Source: Deltaproteobacteria bacterium
GTDB lineage: Bacteria > Bdellovibrionota > JACOXK01 > 2-02-FULL-40-11
Assembly: GCA_016198185.1 (NCBI GenBank)
Contig: JACQJD010000093.1
Span: 1-60,144 of the forward strand
Length of the DNA stretch: 60,144 nt
Reading direction: 5' to 3'
The notes under the pieces are model-generated. The model ran no database searches and was not told the origin of the DNA. It saw only the letters and a program-made list of their open reading frames with translations. The position numbers were made by a program, and so were the translations under genes. This document shows, piece by piece, positions 35,198-45,423 of this stretch (position 1 is its first letter; the number at the start of each line of letters is the position of its first letter).

Positions 35198-37291
35198 GTG
35201 AATCAAAAAGTCATATCGTTGTGTGTTTGTGTGTTCTATCTTTTCTCGTTGGGATCAAGCGCGATCGCAGAAACCAACCAAAGTGGCAGTGACGATGAAA
35301 CTTCTCGGCTCTATGTTCAGAGCAATGTTACCAAAATGTATCAAGTGCTGCGGTTGATCGATGATCATCGTAATTGGTTTAAAGTTTCTGAATTGTTAAG
35401 AGAAATTCTGGCATCCGACATCGACAATAAATTTATTCGTCAACAACTGTCGCTCGCCAAAGATGAAATAGATGCTTATGCCTACAAGCAATGGTTGACG
35501 AAGCGAATTGAAGATGTGCCTTTTCTCGTAGCGAAGCTACGTGTTGTAGAAGCCATGATGGCCACACGCCTGAGGCTTAATATTTCATATGACCGAGAAG
35601 TGGCTCTGATAAAAGGACTGTTGCAAACCTACTTTTTTCCGGGGTTTGAAAATGATGGGAAAATTATTTTTCCAGATAAAAATACGTATTCTTTTGATCT
35701 GTATGGATATGTGAAAAAAAATATTTTAAAAACAGAAACAGCTCCCAGTGGCGTGATTGATGACCCCAGGTTTCCAAAAACGGATGATGAAGAGAAAACA
35801 AAAAAAGATCATAATGTTTCAAAAGCAAAATTTACACCCAAAGTACTGGAGACAGAGCAGCAAAGTGGATCTCTCGAAGCCCACCCTCAAGGGTTGGTAG
35901 ACGATATTCAAGCCATTCATGAAACGATGACTGCCGTCAAAGACATCTGGACTGGCACCCAAAACGACCTTGAAGATCTTTCTCATGCGGCGTTACTTCA
36001 AAATCAATATGAACCCTGGGCGATGATGGTTCAAATCATTGCTAATCCTGATGCGATTTATTCAGACCCACAACTGTATCAATTTTTGAAGGGGGTTAAA
36101 CTGCAAGTCAAAATTTCAGAGCCCTATGGGTTTGATCCGCTTCAACAAGAAATTTTAAAAACGGTGCTGACAGATGAGCATCATGTGGGTCTGGATATCG
36201 AACAACAATTTGACTCCACAACGGGTCAAGTGGTGATGTTTGCGGTTTCTAATTTGGTGGATCCAGAACTCATTAGTTTTCGGTATCTTATCTTTTTGAA
36301 AAAGATTTTAGACTTTTCAACGCATGCCAAAACAGTGAAAGTAGGTGAAAAAGTGGGCGTCGGTGTGATTCAAGTGGCCCAGTTTTTAATGACGTTAAAA
36401 GGTGCGGATGTTTGGTACACGAAATTGGCTGTAGCGTTGGGAAGAGTTTCTGGAAGAACCATTATTGGTGGACAGAAAGTGATTACCTACGTTATGGAAA
36501 AAGATGGGGAAGTGAGAAAACTTCTTGAGGTCTTTAGAAATTTGCGTATTGGCAAAGGAAAATTGAAAGTTCGTATGGCCGGTCCTGTGGAGTGGATTGC
36601 TCAAAACGATCGATATTTTAAAGCCGTTTTATACGTGAGTATGGCACATGACTTGGCCGCAGGCTTTATTCAATTTATTTCGGCTCGTGATAAGTTTGAG
36701 AAAATTGAGATTATGCAAGAAACCGCTGCCAAAGAAATATCTTCGCTTCTCTATTTAGCGCCGCTTGTCAGTCAGCGACTGATTTGGACAGGGCTTTCTT
36801 GGGGGGCTTTTGCCTTCGACATGGGGAGCCTATTTTCAGATGATATCCCTCCCACACATCGAGTGATTAAAGGTATTTTTGCAGAATGGCTTCCGTTTCA
36901 AGTGAAAAGTCTTTGGAATGGAACCACCTTCCGAGGGGAAATGATTGAAACCTATGAAAGTCGATTGGAAATTGTTCCGGACGAAGTTTCTTGGACCCTG
37001 CAGTTGTGGCTGAAAGCGATAACAGAAGCGCAAAATCCTGGACAACTTGTGGTGGCCAAAGAAGCCTTTGAACGAGATATGCGAGCTTATGCCAACAAAC
37101 GACTTTTTATGATTTATTACCTCATTCAACGTTGGAATAATCGAGAGATCTCAGAACTGGGGCTTATGGAACGACGGTATTGGAATGAGTATGAAGCCTA
37201 TGCGCAAGAACTCACAGCCGCAAAATTGCAATACGATCAAAAGCTTCAGTCTTTGGTCGTAAAATCGTTGGTATCCGAATCTGGGGAATAA
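35198..37291 (+). CDS. Hypothetical secreted protein with internal hydrophobic segments (orphan)
   Basis: 697-aa ORF. SD aggagggtg lies before the GTG. Signal peptide ending SAIA|E. Hydrophobic stretches in the C-terminal half. Confidence 0.6.
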   Translation: MNQKVISLCVCVFYLFSLGSSAIAETNQSGSDDETSRLYVQSNVTKMYQVLRLIDDHRNWFKVSELLREILASDIDNKFIRQQLSLAKDEIDAYAYKQWLTKRIEDVPFLVAKLRVVEAMMATRLRLNISYDREVALIKGLLQTYFFPGFENDGKIIFPDKNTYSFDLYGYVKKNILKTETAPSGVIDDPRFPKTDDEEKTKKDHNVSKAKFTPKVLETEQQSGSLEAHPQGLVDDIQAIHETMTAVKDIWTGTQNDLEDLSHAALLQNQYEPWAMMVQIIANPDAIYSDPQLYQFLKGVKLQVKISEPYGFDPLQQEILKTVLTDEHHVGLDIEQQFDSTTGQVVMFAVSNLVDPELISFRYLIFLKKILDFSTHAKTVKVGEKVGVGVIQVAQFLMTLKGADVWYTKLAVALGRVSGRTIIGGQKVITYVMEKDGEVRKLLEVFRNLRIGKGKLKVRMAGPVEWIAQNDRYFKAVLYVSMAHDLAAGFIQFISARDKFEKIEIMQETAAKEISSLLYLAPLVSQRLIWTGLSWGAFAFDMGSLFSDDIPPTHRVIKGIFAEWLPFQVKSLWNGTTFRGEMIETYESRLEIVPDEVSWTLQLWLKAITEAQNPGQLVVAKEAFERDMRAYANKRLFMIYYLIQRWNNREISELGLMERRYWNEYEAYAQELTAAKLQYDQKLQSLVVKSLVSESGE

Positions 37292-37295
37292 AGGG

Positions 37296-40200
37296 TTATT
37301 CAAAGGCTGCAAAATAGACAGCTTTCGGATGATGAAAAACCACTGCTGAAACGCTGGCTTCCGGATCCATCATATAGCCATCGGTCAGCGTCATGCCAAT
37401 GTCTTGTGGCTTTAACAATTCGAAAAGAATTTTTTGATCTTCCAAATTTGGACAGGCAGGATACCCAAAGGAGAAACGTTTCCCTCGGTAATTGGCTTGA
37501 AAAAGATCTTTTTTGGTCAAGGACTCTGGATCCAAAAAACCCCATGCTTTTCGAATGTGAGCATGAAGCAGTTCTGCATAAGCCTCTGCAGATTCCAAAG
37601 CCAATATCTGCAAAATGTGAGATTTTAAATACTGTCCTGCTTGTTTCAGATGTGCGACTTCTTCTCGAAGTCCTTTGCCAACACTGGTTGCCAGAAAGGC
37701 CAATGCATCTTCTTTGGGATGAACAAAATCACTTAAACATAAGTAGGGTGGCTTTTTTTGACGTGGGAAGGTCAGAAAATGAGAGGGCATGGGATCCTCG
37801 GGGTGTAAAAACAATGCAATACGATTTTCTTGGCCCTTGGCTTTAAAAAATTGATAAACAGCCGTTGGGCGTAGGGCGTCCGATTTTTTGTATTCTTCTT
37901 TAACCGATTGCACCATTTCATAAATTTCAATGGCTTTGGAATCTTTTTGACTCAGCGCCTGTTTCAGAGAGGGATTGTGATCGATGTTTTGTAATTGTTT
38001 TGCCACGCTTCCCGAAATTCCCAAATGGCGGGTATAGAGCATTAAAGGATTCATAAATGAAAATATGTGTTCGATCGACGTGTATCGAAGGACATGGCGT
38101 TCGTAATCCGGGGGGAGTGGCTTTTCCGATAGAATTTCAATGCTTCGTTTTATAAAGGTAGATTCAGAGCTCGTTTCAGAGGAATTTGAAGTTTTGGTAG
38201 CGGGTGGTAAATTTCTTTGTTCCACGAGATCTTGTTGTAGTTTTTGAAAACTGGTTGCATCTACAATGGCTTTGGCAAGTTCCAATCCATGCATGGCATC
38301 GGAGGCATAAATGACCGTTCCTTGATAGGCCTTTGCAATTTTTTGATCGACAAATCGACGGGTCAGTGCTGCCCCCCCCACCAAGAGCGGTATGGCGATC
38401 CCTGCTTTTGAAAAATCATCGGCAGTGACGACCATTTGTTGTGCGGATTTAACAAGAAGTCCCGAAAGGCCGATGATATCCGGACGATGGTGCTGGGCAT
38501 TTTGAATCAGAACTTCCGGTGGAACTTTGATGCCTAAGTCAATGACTTCAAAACCATTGTTCGACAAAATAATTTCGACCAAGTTTTTTCCAATATCATG
38601 GACATCGCCTTTGACTGTGGCCAACAAAATTTTACCTTTGCTGGAGGTGTCCTTTTTTTCCATGAAGGGCTCTAGGTAAGAAACAGCCGCTTTCATGGCC
38701 TCGGCCGATTGCAGCACTTCCGCAACAATCATTTCATTTTTATTAAAAAGTCTGCCGACTTCTTCCATGCCTTTCATGAGGGGGCCATTGATAATATAGA
38801 GCGGTTTTTGGGTTTTCAAGGCCTCATTTAAATCGGCAATCAAGCCGTCTTTGCTGCCTTCAATAATATAGCTTGCCAGTCGTTCTTCTAAGGTGCCTTG
38901 AACCGTTTCTGTTTTACATTTTACTTTTTGTTTTCGAAAATGTTGAACGAAGTTCCCAATGGGATCTGCTCCTAGATTGTATAGGAGATTTTTGGCCAAG
39001 GTCTTTTCTTCTTCCGGAATGGCTCCCCATCGGATTAATTTTTCTGCATTGACAATGGCTAAGTCTAAACCAGCTTCGACACATTCATGGAGAAATACAG
39101 AGTTTAAAACTTCTCGGCCTGCCGGTGGGAGGCCAAAACTAACATTGGAAATTCCTAAAATGGTTTTGGTTTTTGGAAATTCTGCTTTTAAGAGTCGGAT
39201 GCCTTCAATGGTCTCTTGGGCGGATCCAATATAAATTTTATCACCGGTCGCACATGGGAAAACCAAGGGGTCCCAATACATGTCCTCATCGCAGACAGCA
39301 TATTTATTTTTTAAGAGGACGTAAGCTCGCTTTGCAATATCAAGCTTACGTGTACGGGTGATGCCCATGCCTTGTTTGGGATCGTCGTCAATGGTTCCAA
39401 TAACATAGGAGGCCCCATGTTTAAGACCTATGGGAATGACTTTCTGAAAGCGCTCTTCGCCATCTTCTAAATTAATCGAATTAATGATGGATTTTCCTTG
39501 GCAATAAGTCAGGGCTTTATCAATGACTGCAGCATCGGTAGAGTCAATCATGATGGGGACACGAATTTTTTTCATGGCGATCGATAAGAAACTTTCCATG
39601 TCTTTGAGTTCATCGCGATCTGGATTGGCCAGGCAAATGTCTATGATTTGCGCGCCTCTTTTGACTTGCTTTCGCGCGATTTCAGAAGCCTCTTCGTATT
39701 TTTCATCGCAAATAAGGGTTTTAAATTTTTGACTGCCAATGACATTGGTTCGTTCTCCTACGACGATGGGGCGTGTTTCTGGGCTGATGTCGAGAGGATC
39801 AATGCCAGACAAGAGGTGGGCCGTATGAGCAGGTAATGGACGAGGTGACGTTTTGTGCGCCAGTTCTACAAAAGAATGGATGTGCTCGGAAGTGGTGCCA
39901 CAACAACCGCCCATGAGGTTGATCCAGCCGTGATGGGTGAAGCGAGATAAAATGGTTGTCATCATTGAAGGGGTTTCGAGGTAATGACCATCGGCGTCGG
40001 GGAGTCCTGCATTGGGAACACAAGCGACTGGAAAACGTGAAATATGTGAGAGCGTTCGAATATGATCGGTCATAAACTCTGGGCCGGTCGCGCAATTGAG
40101 TCCTAAGTAGAGAAGTTCTCGATGGGAAAGCGCTGCATACAAAGCTTCAATGGATTGACCTGCGAGCAGCGTTCCCATGGGTTCAACCGTCACAGAGATC

Positions 40201-40781
40201 GCTGTTTCCAACGGATGTAAGCTGCTGTGCAAGCGTTCTTCATTCATTCGATCTATGGCAAAAAGGGCAGCTTTGATATTGCGCGTATCTTGGCATGTTT
40301 CCAGTAAGAGATAATCTACGCCTCCCAAGGCCAACCCTTTTGCTTGTACATAATAATGTTCGATCATTTCGTGGAAAGTGGCGCCTCCTGTGACGGAGAT
40401 GGCTTTGGTGGTCGGGCCCATGGAACCTGCAACATAGCGTGGTTTTTCAGGTGTGGTGTAAAGATCTGCTATTTTTCGCGCGATCTGGGCAGCATGAAAG
40501 TTGATATCTTGGGCTTGTTCGGCAATGCCATATTCTGCCAGCACCAAAGGGGTTGCGCCAAACGTATTGGTTTCAATGATGTCACACCCAGCCTCAAGAT
40601 AACTTTGGTGCACACTTTCAATGAGTGTGGGCCGGGTGAGGTTGAGAACTTCAAAACAGCCTTCGTAAGTGGGGCCTCCAAAATCTTGCGCGGTGAGATT
40701 CTTTCCTTGTAGGGCAGTGCCCATGGCGCCATCTAGGACCAGGATTTTTTTCAATAGTAGTTCTTTCAGTGAAGGTTTCAT
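37296..40781 (-). CDS. metH: Cobalamin-dependent methionine synthase
   Basis: All modules are visible: Hcy-binding (LDGAMGT, GGCCGT), pterin-binding, B12 cap and DxHxxG (GDVHDIGKN), and the AdoMet activation domain. ATG 40781 matches the conserved N-terminus. The track start at 40889 is an upstream extension. Confidence 0.9.
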   Translation of the reverse strand: MKPSLKELLLKKILVLDGAMGTALQGKNLTAQDFGGPTYEGCFEVLNLTRPTLIESVHQSYLEAGCDIIETNTFGATPLVLAEYGIAEQAQDINFHAAQIARKIADLYTTPEKPRYVAGSMGPTTKAISVTGGATFHEMIEHYYVQAKGLALGGVDYLLLETCQDTRNIKAALFAIDRMNEERLHSSLHPLETAISVTVEPMGTLLAGQSIEALYAALSHRELLYLGLNCATGPEFMTDHIRTLSHISRFPVACVPNAGLPDADGHYLETPSMMTTILSRFTHHGWINLMGGCCGTTSEHIHSFVELAHKTSPRPLPAHTAHLLSGIDPLDISPETRPIVVGERTNVIGSQKFKTLICDEKYEEASEIARKQVKRGAQIIDICLANPDRDELKDMESFLSIAMKKIRVPIMIDSTDAAVIDKALTYCQGKSIINSINLEDGEERFQKVIPIGLKHGASYVIGTIDDDPKQGMGITRTRKLDIAKRAYVLLKNKYAVCDEDMYWDPLVFPCATGDKIYIGSAQETIEGIRLLKAEFPKTKTILGISNVSFGLPPAGREVLNSVFLHECVEAGLDLAIVNAEKLIRWGAIPEEEKTLAKNLLYNLGADPIGNFVQHFRKQKVKCKTETVQGTLEERLASYIIEGSKDGLIADLNEALKTQKPLYIINGPLMKGMEEVGRLFNKNEMIVAEVLQSAEAMKAAVSYLEPFMEKKDTSSKGKILLATVKGDVHDIGKNLVEIILSNNGFEVIDLGIKVPPEVLIQNAQHHRPDIIGLSGLLVKSAQQMVVTADDFSKAGIAIPLLVGGAALTRRFVDQKIAKAYQGTVIYASDAMHGLELAKAIVDATSFQKLQQDLVEQRNLPPATKTSNSSETSSESTFIKRSIEILSEKPLPPDYERHVLRYTSIEHIFSFMNPLMLYTRHLGISGSVAKQLQNIDHNPSLKQALSQKDSKAIEIYEMVQSVKEEYKKSDALRPTAVYQFFKAKGQENRIALFLHPEDPMPSHFLTFPRQKKPPYLCLSDFVHPKEDALAFLATSVGKGLREEVAHLKQAGQYLKSHILQILALESAEAYAELLHAHIRKAWGFLDPESLTKKDLFQANYRGKRFSFGYPACPNLEDQKILFELLKPQDIGMTLTDGYMMDPEASVSAVVFHHPKAVYFAAFE

Positions 40782-40996
40782 CGTTTCAATCGGTTTTGCA
40801 TCGCTCAAAAAGAGTGAGGAAAGGATCGTCTTAAGTTGAACCTGGCAGATGAAGTTCTCCAACTTTCCTCTCTTTTTTGAGAGGGGCAAAACCGCAAAAA
40901 AAGCATTTTAATCTCAAACAGATCATAAAACAAGTATCGTTTGAACTGGGCTTTCGGTTGACTTTTGTGAGGGAATTTCCTAAACTTTTTAAACAT

Positions 40997-42388
40997 ATGC
41001 GCTTATCTAAAAAACTTTCAGTTGTTGTCTTACTTCTTGGGGCCTTTGGCTTTGGGATTGTGTTTAGGACCTTTTTTGATTCGTCTGTGGAGGCGACCAA
41101 AACGCCCCCCAGTCATTATGAAAAGATTGGCATTTTGCTCAAAGTCCTCAATTATGTCGAAAATAATTATGTAGAAGAAGTTAAAGTGGACGACTTAATG
41201 TATGGAGCCATTAAAGGCATGCTTTCAACGTTGGATCCGCACACCAATTTTTTACCCCCTGATCTCTTTCGTGAAATGAAAGTGGATACCTCGGGGGAAT
41301 TTGGAGGCTTGGGGATTGAAATTACGATTCGAGATGATGTGTTAACCATTATTACGCCACTTGAAGGGACCCCTGCGGATCGTGCCGGTTTAAAAGCCAA
41401 CGATCGGATCATTAAAATTGAAGGAGACTATACAGATAAAATGACGATCATGGAGGCTGTGAGTAAAATGCGAGGCAAAAAAGGAACGCCTATTACGATT
41501 ACCATCATTCGAAAAGGTTTGGAAGAACCCAAAGGCTATCGCATTGTTAGAGATACTATTAAAATTCAAGCGATTAAAAAAGAACTTCTAGAAGCTGTTT
41601 ATGGCTATATCCGCATTTTGACATTTCAAGAAAAAACTTCTCGAGATTTGAGACAAGCACTGGTGGATCTGACGAAGGAAGCTAAGAAGATTCAGACGCA
41701 ACAAAAAATGCCAGAGGTGGGATTGAAAGGATTGATTTTGGATGTGCGCAACAATCCAGGTGGATTGTTGGATGAAGCCGTGAAGGTGGCAGATTTGTTT
41801 TTAGACAAAGGAGAAATTGTTTCGACGGTTGGAAGAAACAAAACCAATAAAGATATCGAATATGCGCACAAATCAGGAACTTGGGAGTATCTGCCCATGG
41901 TGGTGTTGGTCAATGGGGCCTCTGCTTCTGCGTCGGAAATTGTAGCCGGCGCTTTGCAAGATCATAAACGTGCACTGGTGGTGGGAACAAAGACGTTCGG
42001 CAAGGGATCGGTTCAACAAGTCATTGAGTTGGATGATAAGTCAGGATTGAAATTAACGGTTGCAAAGTATTACACCCCCAGCGGAAGATCGATTCAGGAG
42101 CAAGGGTTAGAGCCTCATCTCATGATTGAACAGCGAGATCCAAAAATATTGAAGGAAGAAGATGAGAAATTGAAAGGGAATAAACCCAAGTGGCGTGAAG
42201 CTGATTTACCTGGGCATATTAAAGGGGAATCCAATGGAGAGGAAAAAGAAGAAGTGGTGGTTCCCTTAACTGAAAAAGAAGTCATTAAATACGATTATCA
42301 ACTTCAACAAGCGTTAGGGTATTTAAAATCGAATACAATTTTTAAAGACTTTAATGATCCGAACCTCAAAGTCGTTCACACGAAATAG
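40997..42388 (+). CDS. ctpA: Carboxyl-terminal processing protease (S41A) with a PDZ domain
   Basis: NNPGG, GASASASEI (Ser nucleophile) and TFGKGSVQ (Lys) motifs. Signal-anchor start MRLSKKLSVVVLLL at ATG 40997. Confidence 0.85.
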   Translation: MRLSKKLSVVVLLLGAFGFGIVFRTFFDSSVEATKTPPSHYEKIGILLKVLNYVENNYVEEVKVDDLMYGAIKGMLSTLDPHTNFLPPDLFREMKVDTSGEFGGLGIEITIRDDVLTIITPLEGTPADRAGLKANDRIIKIEGDYTDKMTIMEAVSKMRGKKGTPITITIIRKGLEEPKGYRIVRDTIKIQAIKKELLEAVYGYIRILTFQEKTSRDLRQALVDLTKEAKKIQTQQKMPEVGLKGLILDVRNNPGGLLDEAVKVADLFLDKGEIVSTVGRNKTNKDIEYAHKSGTWEYLPMVVLVNGASASASEIVAGALQDHKRALVVGTKTFGKGSVQQVIELDDKSGLKLTVAKYYTPSGRSIQEQGLEPHLMIEQRDPKILKEEDEKLKGNKPKWREADLPGHIKGESNGEEKEEVVVPLTEKEVIKYDYQLQQALGYLKSNTIFKDFNDPNLKVVHTK

Positions 42389-42511
42389 CCGTCTGTTGAT
42401 AAAGTCTTCCTGAGGACCAAAGGTCCGAAGGATCTTCCTCAAGATTCTTTGCACTTCGCCACAAGTAGCTTCGTCTCAGAATGACAGTGCGTCAACATCT
42501 CTGATAGATAC

Positions 42512-43237
42512 TTACAATCGATAATAAAGAAGTGCTGCGCCAATGGTGCCGATTGGCAAGATGAATAAATTGATAATGGGAATAACGAGGAGGCACGACA
42601 TAGCCAATCCAAAGCCGAGGCATGCCATCCAATGGCGTCTCACGAAATGACATTGTGCCCGGAAGGGTAGTCTTTCGACTTCCAATGGGAAATCTAAAAA
42701 CTGAAATGCCAAGAGAAAAAGAGTAAAAAATCCACTTAAAAAAGCCCCGATGCCAGGGATCAATAGAAACAATAGAATCATTATTTCTAGAATGAGAAGC
42801 AATCCTAATTTCTTGTGTTGGGTAATGAGGATGCGTTTAATTTCAGCGCCCAAAGCTCGGAATGAAAATTTTTGAGAGGTACTGGGTCCTTTTTCCAGTA
42901 TTTTTACTTTTTCAGTGATCCATTCATGGAAGGGGGACGATAGAAGGTTTCCAATGAGGCATAAGAGGAAAGTTCCAATGGTGAGTAAAACCAAAAAAGC
43001 GGTTGCTGCCAGGAAATAATAACCCATGAGCCAATACCAGTTTTCAGGTTTTGTAATGAGAAGCCCCATCAAATAGCCAAATTTGGCAGACAAAACCCAC
43101 AAGAGTCCCAGAAATAAAACAATGTTGATCAGGATGGGAATGAGTGCCAATCGCAATAACGATGTATGAGAAAATAGATAGCCAATGGCTTTAAAAGCAC
43201 ACATAAACCCCAACCGAAATTCACGCATAGATGTCAT
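42512..43237 (-). CDS. EI24/CysZ-like integral membrane protein
   Basis: 241 aa, four or more TM segments. The N-terminal pattern (F..G......A..........L......P) resembles the CysZ/EI24 family. Tentative. Confidence 0.45.
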   Translation of the reverse strand: MTSMREFRLGFMCAFKAIGYLFSHTSLLRLALIPILINIVLFLGLLWVLSAKFGYLMGLLITKPENWYWLMGYYFLAATAFLVLLTIGTFLLCLIGNLLSSPFHEWITEKVKILEKGPSTSQKFSFRALGAEIKRILITQHKKLGLLLILEIMILLFLLIPGIGAFLSGFFTLFLLAFQFLDFPLEVERLPFRAQCHFVRRHWMACLGFGLAMSCLLVIPIINLFILPIGTIGAALLYYRL

Positions 43238-43295
43238 GGGTAGATGAAAATGTATTTAGGAAAGATAAAAGCATTTTCCACATGTTCCGCATGTT

Positions 43296-44408
43296 TTAGG
43301 GTAGCGTACCAGATCCGTGAAATAAGTGTAAATTTAAAAGATGCAGATCTTGAATGGAAGAAATATCTTTTTCAAAAAATGGAATGGGGAAGAGATCAAT
43401 TGAAGAAGGCATTAATTTTTTGAGATGAGCCATTTGCCTTTTTTCTTGTTCTGCCAAATGCTGGTATTTTTCAAACAAAGAAAGGATAGAACGTTCTTTT
43501 CCAGAAAGATCGTGTTTTTTAAGGCTTTCCAATTCTTTCTTTTGCGCATCTGTTAGCAGTACCAAAGGGGTCATGCGATTGACTAAAATCGCATCTATTC
43601 TGATTTGTCTTTCAGAAAGTTTTTTTTGGAATTTGACTGTGTCTTCAAAGACAGAGAATTCTGGAACGGTAACGATGAGAAAGCTGGTTTGGGGACTTTT
43701 TAAAATAGATTTTGCCTTGAGCGTTCGATCTCGAAACCCTTCGTAAAAGGACTCTAGGCTGAGCATAAACTCTGAAAGATCTTGAAGCAATTTTAGCCCA
43801 GTAACTTTTTCCAGGAGATTTAAAACCATTTTTGAACTCTTCGAAAGAATCCGAAAGCCCCATTTACCGGCATACGCATAAGGCTTTAAAAACCATTCCA
43901 TGTTTTTTCCATCTAAAAAATTGGCCAGGCGATCGGGGGCTTCAATAAAACTCAGTGCATGGGCGGACGGAGGGGTATCCAGAACGATGGCATCAAATTC
44001 GTTTTTTTCATGAAGTTCATAGAGTTTTTCCAGTGCAATATATTCTTGAGTGCTTGCCATGGCAGAAGCCATGTGTTGATAAATTTTATTTTTCAAGATG
44101 GTTTCTGCGATTTCTTCCGTAGGGGCATGGGTTCGAATCAAGGTGTCGAAGGTATGTTGGACATCGAGGAGCATTGCCCAAAGAGAATGTTGGGTGTCTA
44201 TATTTATTTTTTGGGGTTTTGGTTGAAAGCGTTCCAATCCGAGTGTTGAGGCCAGTCGTTTGGCGGGATCAATGGTTAGAACCAAAGTCTTTTTCCCAGC
44301 TTTGGCAAGTTTGAGAGCGATTGCAGCGGCAAGGGTTGTTTTTCCAACACCCCCCGATCCCCCCACAATGACCATTTTTTTGTTAGAGATTTTATCCAAT
44401 AACGTCAT
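43296..44408 (-). CDS. ArsA/GET3-family P-loop ATPase
   Basis: Deviant Walker A GGSGGVGKTT, then DPAKRL and DTPPS motifs. Confidence 0.75.
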   Translation of the reverse strand: MTLLDKISNKKMVIVGGSGGVGKTTLAAAIALKLAKAGKKTLVLTIDPAKRLASTLGLERFQPKPQKINIDTQHSLWAMLLDVQHTFDTLIRTHAPTEEIAETILKNKIYQHMASAMASTQEYIALEKLYELHEKNEFDAIVLDTPPSAHALSFIEAPDRLANFLDGKNMEWFLKPYAYAGKWGFRILSKSSKMVLNLLEKVTGLKLLQDLSEFMLSLESFYEGFRDRTLKAKSILKSPQTSFLIVTVPEFSVFEDTVKFQKKLSERQIRIDAILVNRMTPLVLLTDAQKKELESLKKHDLSGKERSILSLFEKYQHLAEQEKRQMAHLKKLMPSSIDLFPIPFFEKDISSIQDLHLLNLHLFHGSGTLP

Positions 44409-45330
44409 GTTGGAGGTCCAATGAAATTTTTTCTAAAGAATGAAGGTCTAGGCATTGATCCAAATGCCAGTTTACTTTCACTAAGTCTTTGGAGACTTTC
44501 TGCTCTAAAGTTGCAATCTGGGGACGTTGAAGCAAGGCGCGCTTTTCATATTTTTCTAAGGTTTGTTCGATGATAGCCGCCAAGGAACTATTTTTTAAAC
44601 GTTGGCTTTGATGAAAATCTGTCAAAGAAAATTCTGAATTTGGAAGATATTTATTGAGGAAAAGAAGCCCTTTGGGTAGCTGTAACGATTTTATTTCTTC
44701 ATGGTATTCGATTGTTTCTTGGACAGGCAGTTCTTCAGCAAGGGTGACGAGATGAATGCGGGATCGCTCCGATGAACAAATCATTTCGTACATATTTTTA
44801 GATTTTACGGAGATGGTGCCTACTTGGGCGATATCTAAAAACACTTTCGGAGATTTAAAAAGATACAATCCATGTCCCGTGGCGGGTGCATCGACAATAA
44901 TATCATCCCACTTTGGTTTTCCAGTCATCGTTTCTTGCTCTAGATAAAACAGTTTCCCAATGATGGAAATTTCAGAAATACCGGGCGCTGCATCTCTAAA
45001 AAATTGAACAAAGCGGTTGTCAAAAAACAAATTGTAAAGTGTCGAAAATTTAATTTGAGAAATAATATACTCTTTTAAAGCAAGCTTTGGGGTGATGACC
45101 ATGCCGTAGATATTTTTCTTAAGCTTTTGAGGGGTAAATGAAAATTTTTTGGTTCCAAACCAGCGCGCAAAAGGCCCATCGGGATCCAGTTCGACCAAGA
45201 GTACGGTTCGATTCAGACGCGCTTGATGAAGTGCTAAAAGACAACTGAGGGTGCTTTTTCCAACGCCTCCTTTACCAGTTACAAAATGGATCATAGCTGT
45301 AGCTTCTCGGAATGATTCAGATTTCGTCAA
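44392..45330 (-). CDS. ArsA/GET3-family P-loop ATPase (paralog, upstream partner)
   Basis: GKGGVGKST Walker A, then ELDPDG and DAPATGH motifs. 17-nt overlap with the downstream paralog. Confidence 0.75.
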   Translation of the reverse strand: MTKSESFREATAMIHFVTGKGGVGKSTLSCLLALHQARLNRTVLLVELDPDGPFARWFGTKKFSFTPQKLKKNIYGMVITPKLALKEYIISQIKFSTLYNLFFDNRFVQFFRDAAPGISEISIIGKLFYLEQETMTGKPKWDDIIVDAPATGHGLYLFKSPKVFLDIAQVGTISVKSKNMYEMICSSERSRIHLVTLAEELPVQETIEYHEEIKSLQLPKGLLFLNKYLPNSEFSLTDFHQSQRLKNSSLAAIIEQTLEKYEKRALLQRPQIATLEQKVSKDLVKVNWHLDQCLDLHSLEKISLDLQHDVIG

Positions 45331-45423
45331 GAGGTTTTTGGGGAGACAAGAAAAAGAAATTTTTTAATGGCTTTTTTCAAGGGGGGCTTGCCCTGGGGAC
45401 TTCATTTCTGCTATCGTTTAAAT

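Noticed and set aside
40782-40889. N-terminal 36-codon extension of metH, and the 40877 start of the ctpA ORF.
   Set aside because: The conserved N-termini begin at ATG 40781 (MKPSLKELL...LDGAMGT) and ATG 40997 (signal anchor MRLSKKLSVVVLLL). The extensions cross the shared divergent promoter region.
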